From assembly GCA_963663385.2 (NCBI GenBank), contig CAXXXD010000004.1, positions 1,088,001 to 1,152,000 of the forward strand: DNA of 64,000 bases. The letters are read 5' to 3'. Each line of letters opens with the position of its first letter. The stretch's first letter is position 1. The DNA is from Oceanispirochaeta sp. Lineage in GTDB: Bacteria > Spirochaetota > Spirochaetia > DSM-2461. Made by a program: the position numbers and the translations under genes. Shown here in pieces: positions 22,262 through 32,332 of the stretch. The notes under the pieces were generated by a model. That model saw only the letters and a list, made by a program, of their open reading frames with translations, ran no database searches and was not told where the DNA came from.

Positions 22262-22930
22262 ATGAAAAAGTATATCTGTTCAATCTGCGGTTATATCTAT
22301 GATGAAGCATCCGGTTATCCGGAGGGAAATATTCCTCCGGGAACAGCCTGGGCGGATGTTCCATCTTCATTTGTCTGCCCCCTGTGCGGCGCTTCAAAAG
22401 CTGAATTCCATGAAAAGGAAGGGGAGCCTCCCAGGACTGCAGCTTCAGCATCAGATACTCCCTCTCTGCCGGATGATATCAGCTATTCGGCAGCAGAACT
22501 GTCAGCCGTCTTTTCAAATCTGGCAAAGGGCTGTGAAAAACAGTACGATCCTGAAATGTCCGAACTCTATAATGAATTGGCATTTTATTACAATCTGAAG
22601 TCGGAAAAAGTCCGAAAGCCGGATTTCAAGAGCCTGAAAGCCCTTCTTCAAACAGATCTCTCATCCCATTTTGCCGTGGCTAATGAAGTTGCCGGTAAGA
22701 ACCATGACCGCGGGGCTCTTCGTGCTTTGAAATGGGCGGAGCAGGTTTCCCGGATGATTAATTCCCATCTGAATAAGGCTGAATCCGGTTCTGCCGATTT
22801 TCTGAAAGATACGAATATCTACGTCTGTGATATCTGCGGATTCATCTATGTGGGAGATGAAAAGCCGGAAATCTGTCCGGTCTGCAAGGTTCCGAGCATG
22901 AAAATGACACAGGTCAGAAGGAGCGCCTGA
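22262..22930 (+). CDS. Rubredoxin-domain protein (two rubredoxin-like sites flanking a helical domain)
   Basis: CSICGYIY...CPLC at the N-terminus and CDICGFIY...CPVC at the C-terminus. Confidence 0.85.
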   Translation: MKKYICSICGYIYDEASGYPEGNIPPGTAWADVPSSFVCPLCGASKAEFHEKEGEPPRTAASASDTPSLPDDISYSAAELSAVFSNLAKGCEKQYDPEMSELYNELAFYYNLKSEKVRKPDFKSLKALLQTDLSSHFAVANEVAGKNHDRGALRALKWAEQVSRMINSHLNKAESGSADFLKDTNIYVCDICGFIYVGDEKPEICPVCKVPSMKMTQVRRSA

Positions 22931-22931
22931 T

Positions 22932-24107
22932 ATGCATGCAGTAAGAAATATCCGGTTATGTACGAAAGACTGTCTCTGCCTTTATGTCTGTCCCACCGGG
23001 GCTACTGATACGGAAACAGGTCAAATTGATGCGGAAAAGTGTCTGAGCGGGTGCCGGTTGTGTGTCGATGCCTGCCCCTCCCATGCCATCTCTCTGGTTC
23101 CCGGGGAATTCCCTGTTCAGCAGAAGACGTCTGATGATGTCAAAAAGGCTCTTGGTATTCTTTCGAAAAGCAAGACAGAACAGGAAATTATCGCCTGCGG
23201 AATTGAGACGCAATCCGAAAACCCTCTTGCGAAACAACTGGCAAAAGCTGTTGGTATGTCAAACCGTATCATGGCGGAAGACCTTTTAAGAGAAGCAGGT
23301 TTTATGCTTCCCCAGAGCGGGGAAGTTCTGAATCTTTTAAAAACTCTGGCAGAATCTGAAAAGTCTGATGATTTTCCGAAAGAAACTGCCAAAAAACTTA
23401 TACAGAAACTTAAGAAAATTAATTCAACTGCGGAGGAAAAGAAAATGAAAAGATATCGTTGTACCGTTTGCGGATATATCCATGAAGGAGAACTGACTCC
23501 GGATTTTAAATGTCCAAGATGTAAACAGCCCGCTTCGGCATTCGAACTGATTGTAGAGAATGAACCCCCGGTCAACAAATATGAAGGAACAAGAACAGAA
23601 AAGAATCTGATGGAAGCTTTTTCCGGAGAAAGCCAGGCTCGCAATAAATATACCTATTTTGCCAATATTGCTCAGAGAGAAGGCTACGACCAACTGTCGG
23701 AACTCTTTCTGAAAACAGCCCGTAATGAGCAGGAACATGCCCGTATCTGGTACGAAGAACTGGGGAATCTGGGATCTACTGCCGAGAATCTGCTTCATGC
23801 CGCAGAAGGGGAAAACTACGAGTGGACCGATATGTACGCCCGCTTTGCCAAAGATGCCGAAGAGGAAGGCTTTGCGGATCTGGCTGCACGGTTCCGCCGT
23901 ATCGGTGCCATAGAAAAAGCTCATGAGGAACGGTACAGGGCTCTTCTGAATAATCTTGAGATGCAGAAGGTTTTTGAAAAAGGGGAAGAAACCATGTGGG
24001 AATGCCGTGTCTGCGGTCATCTGGTAATGGGGAAAAAAGCTCCTGAAGTCTGTCCGGTCTGTAAATATTCTCAAAGTTATTTTGAGGTGAGAAAAGAAAA
24101 CTACTAA
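22932..24107 (+). CDS. Ferredoxin-rubredoxin-rubrerythrin fusion
   Basis: N-terminal 4Fe-4S motifs ([25 protein letters not shown]), CTVC..CPRC, the rubrerythrin core ([23 protein letters not shown]) and C-terminal CRVC..CPVC. Confidence 0.88.
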   Translation: MHAVRNIRLCTKDCLCLYVCPTGATDTETGQIDAEKCLSGCRLCVDACPSHAISLVPGEFPVQQKTSDDVKKALGILSKSKTEQEIIACGIETQSENPLAKQLAKAVGMSNRIMAEDLLREAGFMLPQSGEVLNLLKTLAESEKSDDFPKETAKKLIQKLKKINSTAEEKKMKRYRCTVCGYIHEGELTPDFKCPRCKQPASAFELIVENEPPVNKYEGTRTEKNLMEAFSGESQARNKYTYFANIAQREGYDQLSELFLKTARNEQEHARIWYEELGNLGSTAENLLHAAEGENYEWTDMYARFAKDAEEEGFADLAARFRRIGAIEKAHEERYRALLNNLEMQKVFEKGEETMWECRVCGHLVMGKKAPEVCPVCKYSQSYFEVRKENY

Positions 24108-24132
24108 ATCTTTTCCAGCTTTGTTATAAAAT

Positions 24133-24159
24133 AATATCCCGGTTTGACCGGGATATTTT
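24133..24159 (+). terminator. Intrinsic terminator after rubrerythrin
   Basis: AATATCCCGGT-TTG-ACCGGGATATT followed by TT. Confidence 0.75.
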
Positions 24160-24293
24160 GAATTTGAGGATATACTCTTTTTTTTTATGCCCCTAGGGTG
24201 TATTCAATGGCAGCAAGAGCCTAACGTTGATTTAAAAGCATATATGATCTTTTTAACCTTGTAAAAAAAGGAGAATAATCCAAAAATTACAAT

Positions 24294-24407
24294 ATGAGAA
24301 GGGCTTTATATGTAGATTTGGTACAATGGAAAAACTCCTGTCAAAGAAAACCTTTGCTTCTCAAAGGGGCCAGGCAGGTTGGAAAAACCTGGCTGATTAA
24401 AGAATAA
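24294..24407 (+). pseudogene. N-terminal remnant of an AAA_14/DUF4143 (COG1373-type) ATPase
   Basis: Hand translation MRRALYVDLVQWKNSCQRKPLLLKGARQVGKTWLIKE*. The Walker A GARQVGKT is typical of this family, and the frame stops after 37 aa. Confidence 0.75.
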
Positions 24408-24469
24408 GGGCATAACAATTTCTCCTGCTATGATCAGAATAACAGGATATAATAGAGTATAAGACAATA

Positions 24470-24847
24470 TCAGAACTTTCTGAAAAATACCCACTCAATA
24501 TCCTCCGGTCTGTCCTTCTTGGTATGTAATTTCCTCATCCTGAGCTCATTATCACCGTTCATTCTGAAGATATAAATTATGTCACCCTGTGGTTCTGAAA
24601 CAATCTCCCCTGATCTGAATGTACATACCAATTTAAGTGTTTGTCCGTCGTATTTAATCTCTATTAAATATTGTTTAGCCAGATAGAGTATCTTTACTGA
24701 TTCATAATCTTTCGAATTCGACCAATATTGAAACTCACCTTCAAAGGGGATACCAGGAGTCCCCGGATCAATCAAGGCAATATCTTCTGCGTAGAGATAA
24801 AGAGAACCCGTTAGAGTTACTATCAGTAAAAGGATAAATCTCTTCAT
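24470..24847 (-). CDS. Hypothetical secreted protein
   Basis: Signal peptide MKRFILLLIVTLTGSLYLYA; AT-rich context; no recognisable family. Confidence 0.6.
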   Translation of the reverse strand: MKRFILLLIVTLTGSLYLYAEDIALIDPGTPGIPFEGEFQYWSNSKDYESVKILYLAKQYLIEIKYDGQTLKLVCTFRSGEIVSEPQGDIIYIFRMNGDNELRMRKLHTKKDRPEDIEWVFFRKF

Positions 24848-24971
24848 AGGGATCAGTATAAAAAAAATCTACAATTGTATATAGATGAGCGGCTGTTAGA
24901 TTTACTTTATGCCAATGAGAATGATACAGCCCTATACTGGTATAAGGGTACTGTACAAGTAGTGGTCCCAC

Positions 24972-25000
24972 AAAAAATCCCGGCCAAAAGCCGGGATTTT
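24972..25000 (-). terminator. Intrinsic terminator after asd (potentially bidirectional)
   Basis: AAAATCCCGGC-CAAAA-GCCGGGATTTT with a T6 tract on the minus strand. Confidence 0.8.
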
Positions 25001-25024
25001 CGAATTCACTTATTCAGCTTAAAC

Positions 25025-26146
25025 TCAGCTATTCAAATACTCCAGCGTAATCTGCAGCATCCGTCTGACCGGCTCGGCCGCACCCCACAGGAGCTGATCT
25101 CCCACGGTAAACGCCGTAATATAATCTTCGCCCATATTAAGTTTCCGGACCCGTCCCACAGGAACATCCAGGGTTCCCGAAACAGCTGCCGGAGTCAGTC
25201 CTTTCAGGGACGCTTCCTTGTTGTTGGGTATGAACTTCGCCCAGTCCGTACTGGAAGCGATAATATCTTCCACCTCATCCAGGGGAACGTTTTTATTCAT
25301 CTTGATGGTCAGCGCCTGGCTGTGGCAGCGCATGGAACCGATCCTGACACAGAGTCCGTCGATGGGAACAGCGGGATCATTCTGCAGAATCTTGTTGGTT
25401 TCCGCAAATCCCTTCCATTCCTCTTTGGTCATACCGTTGTCCATGGCCTTGTCGATCCAGGGGATCAGGCTGCCGCCCAGGGGAGCGCCGAACTGCTCCG
25501 TGGGGAACGCATCGGAACGGATGGTGTCCGTAATCTTGCGGTCCAGATCCAGGATGGCGGAAGAAGGATCCAGCAGGCCCTCTCCGGCTTTGCCGAGAAC
25601 ATCCATCTGGGCAATCAGTTCCCTCATATTCCGGGCACCCGCACCGGACGCCGCCTGGTAGGTCATGGAGGTCATCCATTCCACCAGGTTCTCCCGGAAC
25701 AGACCGCCCAGGCCCATCAGCATAAGGCTGACGGTGCAGTTTCCGCCGGCATAGGTTTTGATTCCCCTTGCCAGGCCGTTATCAAGTACATCCCTGTTTA
25801 CAGGGTCCAGGACAATCAGGCTGTCCTCTTTCATGCGGAGGGTGGAAGCGGCATCTATCCAGTAACCCTTCCATCCGCTTTTACGGAGTTCCGTGTAGTA
25901 TTTTTCTGTATAGGAACCGCCCTGGCATGTAAGGATAATATCCTGTTTTTTCAGTTGTTCCAGATCATGTGCATCTGCCAGCGGTGGCAGATCTCTGCCG
26001 ATTTCCGGAGCTTTCTGTCCGGCCTGGGAGGTAGAGAAGAATAGGGGCTCCATATCTTTGGTCGCGAAATCATTTTCCGCCTGCATACGCTCCAGCAGAA
26101 CTGATCCGACCATACCTCTCCAACCGATAATCCCGACTTTTTTCAC
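25025..26146 (-). CDS. asd: Aspartate-semialdehyde dehydrogenase (gammaproteobacterial/E. coli-type)
   Basis: [59 protein letters not shown] at 26146 follows AGGAG. Confidence 0.95.
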   Translation of the reverse strand: MKKVGIIGWRGMVGSVLLERMQAENDFATKDMEPLFFSTSQAGQKAPEIGRDLPPLADAHDLEQLKKQDIILTCQGGSYTEKYYTELRKSGWKGYWIDAASTLRMKEDSLIVLDPVNRDVLDNGLARGIKTYAGGNCTVSLMLMGLGGLFRENLVEWMTSMTYQAASGAGARNMRELIAQMDVLGKAGEGLLDPSSAILDLDRKITDTIRSDAFPTEQFGAPLGGSLIPWIDKAMDNGMTKEEWKGFAETNKILQNDPAVPIDGLCVRIGSMRCHSQALTIKMNKNVPLDEVEDIIASSTDWAKFIPNNKEASLKGLTPAAVSGTLDVPVGRVRKLNMGEDYITAFTVGDQLLWGAAEPVRRMLQITLEYLNS

Positions 26147-26483
26147 GGTTCTCTCCTGTTTGATAGTTTGCAAAAATATAGACAAAAATCCTGTTTCTGT
26201 AAATAAGATCGTATCCCTGAAAAAGGGAGTTAAAAGAGCGGGAAACGGGCTGAAAACGGCGACTAGTGTAAAAATAGTCTCATCTTCACCAGGAATTCAC
26301 AGGGAATTCAGAGAAAATCTTTGACGGTTGGGTGTTTTATAGGGCATTATGGGGACACGCTGAGTGTGATACCCGGTGTGATTACAAGATAGGAAACAGA
26401 TCCCGGGGGGCAGCCCCTGATTCATATTAAAGGGGACGTTACCTGTTCTGATGTTTCTCTTATTATTAAAGGAGAATGAATAT

Positions 26484-28187
26484 ATGGCAGATCTATTAAA
26501 CAAATTGACATTAAGCGAAGCCTGGAAACGCAGCCGGGCAAAATATACATCTCTGGACTTTCTGGGATACGCCGGTGAGAAAGCCGTCACATATGGACAG
26601 GCCGACCGGATCGTTTTCGGCATTCAGGCCTATCTGAAAGATCAGGGCATAAAACCCGGTGACAAGGTTGCCCTGATCAGCGAAAGCCGTCCCGAGTGGG
26701 GGCTGGCCTATCTGGCTGTTACGACCATGGGCGCCGTTGTCGTTCCTGTTATGGTCGATTTCTCGGCAGAACAGATCGGGAATATCATGGACCACTCCGA
26801 ATCCTGTTTCATGTTTGCTTCCGAGAAAGCCCTGAATAAACTGGCTGATACTCCCTTTGTCCGCGACAGCAGGCTTATCCTGCTGCAGGAAGGTCTGAAA
26901 ACAGGGACCTGCTCCATCGACGGGGACGCAGTTGTTTTTAAAACGGATGGCCGCAACTTCTTTCTGGAAGGGGCGGAGGCCCGTCCGGATGAACTCTCTC
27001 CTGAAAATCTGATAGTCGATGTGGCGGAGGATGAGCCGGCTGCCATACTGTATACCTCGGGAACAACAGGATCTTCCAAAGGGGTTATGCTCTCCCATAA
27101 AAACATAACCCATAATGCCATGGTGGGGCTTCCCATACCCGGTACAGAAGCGGGACACCGTTTTTTATCGGTACTGCCTCTGGCTCACTCCTATGAGTGT
27201 ACCCTCGGGTTTGTCCTGCCCCTTATAGCTGGCGCTCAGGTCTGCTATATCAAAGGCGCTCCCACCGCCCGTATCATGCTAAAAGCCCTTGGTCTCGTAA
27301 AACCACAGCATATGCTGACCGTTCCCATTCTGATGGAAAAAATCTACAGAACCAGTATCCTTCCCAAGTTAACAGGTTCTCCTTTGTTAAAAGTATTGTA
27401 TAAAAACCGTGTTCTTCGGTTTCTGCTGAACCGCTATGTGGCCGGGAAAAAGCTGAAAGCTCTTTTCGGAGGGAATATTCAGTTTTTCGGCATCGGCGGA
27501 GCTCCCCTTGCTCCGGATGTAGAGAGTTTCCTCCGGGATGCGAAATTCCCCTATTCCGTTGGGTACGGATTGACGGAAACCGCTCCCTGTCTGGCGGGAT
27601 CAAAACCGGCTGATACAATTTTCCGCTCTATCGGACCGGCCTTCCGGGATGTGGAGCTGCGGATTTGTGATGTTAATCCCGAGACGGGGCATGGCGAAAT
27701 CCAGGCCAAAGGACCGAATATTATGCTGGGGTACTATAAGGATGAGTTAAAAACAGCAGAAGTATTTACACAGGACGGCTGGTTTAAAACGGGAGATCTG
27801 GGATTCCTGGACAAGAAAAATAATCTGTTTATCAAGGGCCGTCTGAAAAATATGATTCTTGGTCCCAATGGAGAGAATATCTATCCTGAAGAGATAGAAG
27901 CTGTTTTGAACAGAGATCCTTTTGTGGCGGAGTCACTGGTTACAAGAATGGGAAACAGCCTGGTTGCCCGTATTCAGTTCAATACGGAAAAACTGGATGA
28001 GTTTATTCAGAATCTCAAAGCCTCACCGGAGGAGCTGGGCAGGATTAAAACGGAGATGCTGGAGACTATACGTAAAACGGCCAATGACAGACTGAGTGTC
28101 TTATCCCGATTAAGCGAGATGATTGAGCAGGTTGAACCTTTCGAAAAGACCCCATCTCTTAAAATAAAGCGTTTTCTCTATACCTGA
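26484..28187 (+). CDS. Long-chain fatty acid--CoA ligase (AMP-binding)
   Basis: YTSGTTGSSKG, GYGLTET, GWFKTGDLG, GRLKN...GENIYPEEIE. ATG at 26484 follows AAGGAG. Confidence 0.9.
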   Translation: MADLLNKLTLSEAWKRSRAKYTSLDFLGYAGEKAVTYGQADRIVFGIQAYLKDQGIKPGDKVALISESRPEWGLAYLAVTTMGAVVVPVMVDFSAEQIGNIMDHSESCFMFASEKALNKLADTPFVRDSRLILLQEGLKTGTCSIDGDAVVFKTDGRNFFLEGAEARPDELSPENLIVDVAEDEPAAILYTSGTTGSSKGVMLSHKNITHNAMVGLPIPGTEAGHRFLSVLPLAHSYECTLGFVLPLIAGAQVCYIKGAPTARIMLKALGLVKPQHMLTVPILMEKIYRTSILPKLTGSPLLKVLYKNRVLRFLLNRYVAGKKLKALFGGNIQFFGIGGAPLAPDVESFLRDAKFPYSVGYGLTETAPCLAGSKPADTIFRSIGPAFRDVELRICDVNPETGHGEIQAKGPNIMLGYYKDELKTAEVFTQDGWFKTGDLGFLDKKNNLFIKGRLKNMILGPNGENIYPEEIEAVLNRDPFVAESLVTRMGNSLVARIQFNTEKLDEFIQNLKASPEELGRIKTEMLETIRKTANDRLSVLSRLSEMIEQVEPFEKTPSLKIKRFLYT

Positions 28188-28207
28188 TCCATGATAAAAT
28201 AGCCCTG

Positions 28208-28600
28208 ATGATTGATTTTGATGTATTAAACAGAGCAAATGATCTCATAGATGACCTTAAGATTGAAGCGGTTCTGGATACGACAGGTAATCAGGATCGT
28301 ATCCTCATTCGCCTGCAGGGTGTTCTGGGTCATCTGAATACAGTCGAATTTGCCGACCGGATTATTGAGTTTTTTCAGGGGGACTGGAAAGGAATTCCGA
28401 TTATTATTGACCTGAAAGATCTTCAATATATATCCTCAAGCGGTATCGGCACTTTTACCACAATCAGAATGCAGGCGGACCATAAAAATTCTGACTTATA
28501 TCTGTTAAAGATGAATCAGAAGGTAAGGCAGGTTTTTGATCAGCTGGGTTTCTCTTCCTTTTTCAGACTGATTGATTCTTTAGAGGAACTTCAGGAATGA
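28208..28600 (+). CDS. STAS-domain anti-sigma factor antagonist
   Basis: IIDLKDLQYISSSGIG with the phosphorylatable Ser, and VFDQLGF. Confidence 0.88.
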   Translation: MIDFDVLNRANDLIDDLKIEAVLDTTGNQDRILIRLQGVLGHLNTVEFADRIIEFFQGDWKGIPIIIDLKDLQYISSSGIGTFTTIRMQADHKNSDLYLLKMNQKVRQVFDQLGFSSFFRLIDSLEELQE

Positions 28601-29214
28601 ATCAGCATAATTCCGGAAAATGGTACCATGATATTCGGTCTTCATTAAACGGAGTTATCTGTATGGGAAGTCTGCTGGAAGAGACTGAACTGACAAACGA
28701 ACAGAGGGAACTCCTTTCCTATATGATTCATTCAGCGAATAAAACTGTCGAAATGCTGGAGGCAGGGAGAACTGATATAAAACACGAAAAGGGAACAGAA
28801 GGTCCGGCCGGTGAAAAAGCCGCTGCCGAGAACGGCGTCTCGTCCAGAATCCTTGTGGCAGAAGACGATGATATCAATCGGCTCTATCTTTCCACCCTAC
28901 TGAAACGCAGAAACTGGGAGATTCATGAGGCCGTTGACGGACTGCAGGCCGTAGAGCTTTGCAGGCAGAACAGTTACAGGATTATTCTGATGGATGTAAG
29001 CATGCCCGGGCTGGATGGTTTTCAGGCGGCCAGACAGATACGTGATTCCGGAAATAATACCCCTATAATTGCCATTACGGCTCACAGCCTGCTGGATCTG
29101 CAGAAGAATCTGGCAGGCACAGGTGTGGATAATATCCTCAGAAAACCTTTTAATGAGGAAAATTTACTGAAGGCCATACATAAACTTGCCGGTGATATTT
29201 CCAGCGCTTCATAA
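28597..29214 (+). CDS. HisKA-receiver protein lacking an HATPase domain
   Basis: H-box-like HDIRSSLNGVI...ELTNEQRE, a short linker, then REC (VAEDD, LMDVSMP, ITA, KPF). Confidence 0.8.
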   Translation: MNQHNSGKWYHDIRSSLNGVICMGSLLEETELTNEQRELLSYMIHSANKTVEMLEAGRTDIKHEKGTEGPAGEKAAAENGVSSRILVAEDDDINRLYLSTLLKRRNWEIHEAVDGLQAVELCRQNSYRIILMDVSMPGLDGFQAARQIRDSGNNTPIIAITAHSLLDLQKNLAGTGVDNILRKPFNEENLLKAIHKLAGDISSAS

Positions 29215-29249
29215 AAAAAGAGGACTGTCACAACGTAACAGCCCCCTCT
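29213..29249 (-). terminator. Minus-strand intrinsic terminator
   Basis: Minus strand GGGCTGTTAC-GTT-GTGACAGTCC, whose G-U pairs favour the minus strand, followed by a T7 tract. Confidence 0.7.
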
Positions 29250-29445
29250 AATGGAGAAAGTAAAATGAAAAAATCTTCAACCAGCTTTAATCTGTGTCTT
29301 TGCTCTTGAAGTAATATCTAATTAACAATATAAACCGGTTACTGTTACAGAATATAGTGTTATATTGTGTGAATCCTGTGATTTCAGGATGATCTTTCGT
29401 TGTGCTATTGCAGTATAACTTATTAATCAACGGCAACTTAACGCT

Positions 29446-30432
29446 CTAGGCCGCCGCTCGGAGAATCTTTTTCCTGTTAAAGAACGCTGGTGAAATTTTA
29501 ACATACCAGGTTGACAGCTGTATTTGAATAATATAACCCAATGCGATAATCAGGGCAATCCCGGAGCCTTCCGGACCGAAAGATGTCATGGCAATGGCCA
29601 GGGCTATGGACAGGTTTCTGAGTACTGTCCCGTAAACCAGAGCCAATCCGTCTTCCCTGTTAAAATGCTTTCTGGCAATAACAGTACTTAAGATAATATT
29701 GATTCCATACAGCAGCAGCAGAGGGGGGATCAGTTTAAAGAACGAGACAGGGTCGGCCATTATGGACCTGGACTTCAGAGCCATGGCAATAAAGACAATG
29801 GACAGGACTCCGATGGTTGAGATCGGCGGAAAGCGCTTTTTTATATCTTTCCGGTACTTTTCCCTGCCGTATTTTCTTATAAGCAGGTTCTGGGTAACTC
29901 CCCCGAGAAGCATGGGGAGCAGTACGATTACAAGTATCTGCAGGAAGATCTTGGCCATGGGGATGGAGATGACTGCGCCCATCAGCATCTTGATATAGAC
30001 GGGGGTCAGAAAGGATCCGAAGAGCAGTCCGAATATGGTCATTTTTACAGCTGCTTCCATATTTCCCCCGGACATCCCGGTCCAGGATATGGTCATTCCG
30101 GAAGTGGGAAGGAGGGATACCAGAAGGATGCCCAGCTGCAGATAGGGGTTAGCAGCAAAAAAGATCTTCCCCAGCAGCAGGGCTATAAAGGGAATAATGC
30201 CGAAATTGATAATCTGCGTGGCTATCTGTACTTTTGTATCTCCCTTCTCCAGAATTTTCCTGAACTGCATGGTCACCATCATGGGGTAGACCATAAGAAA
30301 GGTAAAAGGAAGTATAAGGTTCTTCAGGACGGAAATATTATTTACAGTCAGCCCTGTAAGGAAACCGGCTATCATAAAGACCGGTACGGCTAATATCAGT
30401 TTCTTTTGTATTAGTGCAAGAAAATTCCACAT
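29446..30432 (-). CDS. Acr3/bile acid:sodium symporter (BART) family transporter
   Basis: MVYPMM, INFGIIPF, PTSGMTISWT...GGN, RNLSIALAIA; about 10 TM segments. Confidence 0.8.
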   Translation of the reverse strand: MWNFLALIQKKLILAVPVFMIAGFLTGLTVNNISVLKNLILPFTFLMVYPMMVTMQFRKILEKGDTKVQIATQIINFGIIPFIALLLGKIFFAANPYLQLGILLVSLLPTSGMTISWTGMSGGNMEAAVKMTIFGLLFGSFLTPVYIKMLMGAVISIPMAKIFLQILVIVLLPMLLGGVTQNLLIRKYGREKYRKDIKKRFPPISTIGVLSIVFIAMALKSRSIMADPVSFFKLIPPLLLLYGINIILSTVIARKHFNREDGLALVYGTVLRNLSIALAIAMTSFGPEGSGIALIIALGYIIQIQLSTWYVKISPAFFNRKKILRAAA

Positions 30433-30557
30433 AAAGTCCTCCTGTTATGGGAATATGTTAAATATTTAAATTAATATATATAGATAATCATATTATGTAA
30501 AGGGGATATTGCTGGAAAATCCGACACTCTCTGCCCGGGGGCCGCTATCCGTATATC

Positions 30558-31817
30558 CTATGGCATGGCCAGCGCTGTCGGTAAATCCTGCCAGCGGGTG
30601 GTGTAGCAGGGGGAGAGGTTTTCTCTTTTCATCTGCCAGCTGCTGTTCTGCCGTTTGGGCTGGCAGTGGATGGTTTGACGGCCGTAGCGGCTGTTTATTT
30701 TGTCGACCGCCTCCATAACCGCCGTATACCTGGTGTCGGTTTGATAGAACAGGTCCAGCTGCTGCCGTCCTGCTGCCTCTATCTCTGTCAGAAATACGGT
30801 GATTTTCTTGTAGCGGAACCCCGGACGGAAAAGCTGTTCCAGTTGGCGGCGTACAATCCCCACTATCCGGGGAGGGTAATCTACCGGATGGGAGAGCTCT
30901 TCTGTTACGCCCCGGGCGTACTGACGGTCTCCCTGCCGGAAGGGGTTGGTGGTAATCGAGGTATGGATGACCCGGCAGGCGGACTTCTGGTTTCTCATCT
31001 TCTCTGCCGCCTGTGAGGCGTAATCCGCTCCGGCTTCCAGAATATCCTCCAGCTCGGTGACTGGTTTGCCGAAACTGCGGGATGAGATGATTCCCTTTTT
31101 GGGCGGCGGTACGTCTTCCATAGAGAAGGACGGCTTTCCGTTAAGCTCCCAGAGGGTCTTCAGTCCCACCAGGGTCATATGTTTTTTTACCCAGCTTTCC
31201 GGGCAGCCCTGCAGATCCGCCGCTGTGTGAATCCCATTGCTGTGAAGCATTCTGCCGTACTGGCGTCCCACGCCCCATATGTCGAAGACATCCGTCTCCG
31301 ACAGCAGCCGGTCCCACTCCTTACGGGTGGGCAGACAGACTCCGTCCTGTCTTTTTTTTCCGCAGGACCCGGCTATTTTGGCCAGGGTTTTCGTTGCCCC
31401 GATTCCTACGGAAACCGGTACCCCGACCCATTTCTCCACAGTCCTTGTAATCTCGCCTGCCTGGATTTGAAGCTCCTCCCGACTGCCTTTCAGGTGTAGA
31501 AAGGCCTCATCTATGGAGTAGACTTCCAGCCGGGGGGTAAAAGTCTGCAGGATATCCATAATTCTCCGGGAAAGGTCATCGTAAAGGGCGTAGTTGGAGG
31601 AGAAGATTTCCGCCCCCGCCTCCTCCAGGCGGTTTCTGACCTTGAACAGGGGGGCGCCACGGGGGATATCCAGTTCTTTTGCCTCCCTGCTCATGGCAAC
31701 AATACAGCCGTCGTTATTGGACAGAACAACAACAGGCCTGTTCCTCAGATCCGGGCGGAACACCTTTTCGCAGGAGGCGTAGAAACTGTTGCAGTCTACC
31801 AGCGCTGTTGCCGTCAC
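30558..31817 (-). CDS. umuC: Y-family DNA polymerase V subunit
   Basis: ALVDCNSFYASCE, VVVLSNNDGC, YSIDEAF and C-terminal WQMKRENLSPCYTT. GTG at 31817 overlaps the umuD stop. Confidence 0.92.
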   Translation of the reverse strand: MTATALVDCNSFYASCEKVFRPDLRNRPVVVLSNNDGCIVAMSREAKELDIPRGAPLFKVRNRLEEAGAEIFSSNYALYDDLSRRIMDILQTFTPRLEVYSIDEAFLHLKGSREELQIQAGEITRTVEKWVGVPVSVGIGATKTLAKIAGSCGKKRQDGVCLPTRKEWDRLLSETDVFDIWGVGRQYGRMLHSNGIHTAADLQGCPESWVKKHMTLVGLKTLWELNGKPSFSMEDVPPPKKGIISSRSFGKPVTELEDILEAGADYASQAAEKMRNQKSACRVIHTSITTNPFRQGDRQYARGVTEELSHPVDYPPRIVGIVRRQLEQLFRPGFRYKKITVFLTEIEAAGRQQLDLFYQTDTRYTAVMEAVDKINSRYGRQTIHCQPKRQNSSWQMKRENLSPCYTTRWQDLPTALAMP

Positions 31818-32263
31818 GGCAGGCAGTGGTGGATGACATGGGTCACCACGCCCCATACCTGAAAATCCATATCCAGTTCTATCCGTATCGGTTCGTAGGC
31901 GGGGTTGCCGGGATAGAGCCAGTATCGGCCTTCCTTAAAGACAAGCTTTTTGACGGTAAACTCCCCGTACAGGATGGCGACCACGATGCTTCCTTTGCCC
32001 GGCGTCCGGGAGCGGTCCACAATCAGAAGGTCTCTGCTGCGGATCCCTTCATCCTCCATGGAGTCACCGTCCACCCTGACGGTGAAGGTAGCCGCCTGGT
32101 TGCTGACGAGGTAGCTGTTGAAGTCCAGGATTTCCTCGCGGTAGTCTGCGGCAGGGGAGGGAAAGCCCGCCTTGATAAAATCGCCGTAGCAGGGTATGCC
32201 TGGAAGGCACCCTTCGCTGCCGGAAGGAGGGCGGAAAGCCCGGGGAATGACACCTTTTGCCAT
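31814..32263 (-). CDS. umuD: UmuD-like S24 autopeptidase subunit
   Basis: AGFPSPAADY cleavage region, GDSM (Ser), TVKKL (Lys), VWGVV; no HTH. ATG at 32263 follows GAAGGA. Confidence 0.92.
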   Translation of the reverse strand: MAKGVIPRAFRPPSGSEGCLPGIPCYGDFIKAGFPSPAADYREEILDFNSYLVSNQAATFTVRVDGDSMEDEGIRSRDLLIVDRSRTPGKGSIVVAILYGEFTVKKLVFKEGRYWLYPGNPAYEPIRIELDMDFQVWGVVTHVIHHCLP

Positions 32264-32332
32264 TTGTATTCCTTCAGAGTGCCCTGAAGAGCTTATGCAG
32301 TCAGAAACAGGGATATGCATCTGTACAATATT

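Noticed and set aside
24219..24225. GCCTAAC (attC core-like heptamer) in the AT-rich insert
   Set aside because: No partner R box or L boxes at a suitable distance.
24768..24971. 67-aa ORF with YHSH as a toxin-tip fragment upstream of the secreted protein
   Set aside because: The motif is too short, there is no RHS core or RBS, and it overlaps the downstream gene.
24875..26044. 389-aa plus-strand ORF overlapping asd
   Set aside because: Antisense shadow of asd that also runs through the terminator hairpin.
26321..26483. Structured leader upstream of the acyl-CoA ligase as a riboswitch
   Set aside because: Some short complementary segments are present, but they match no riboswitch consensus I can recognise; an Rfam scan would be needed.
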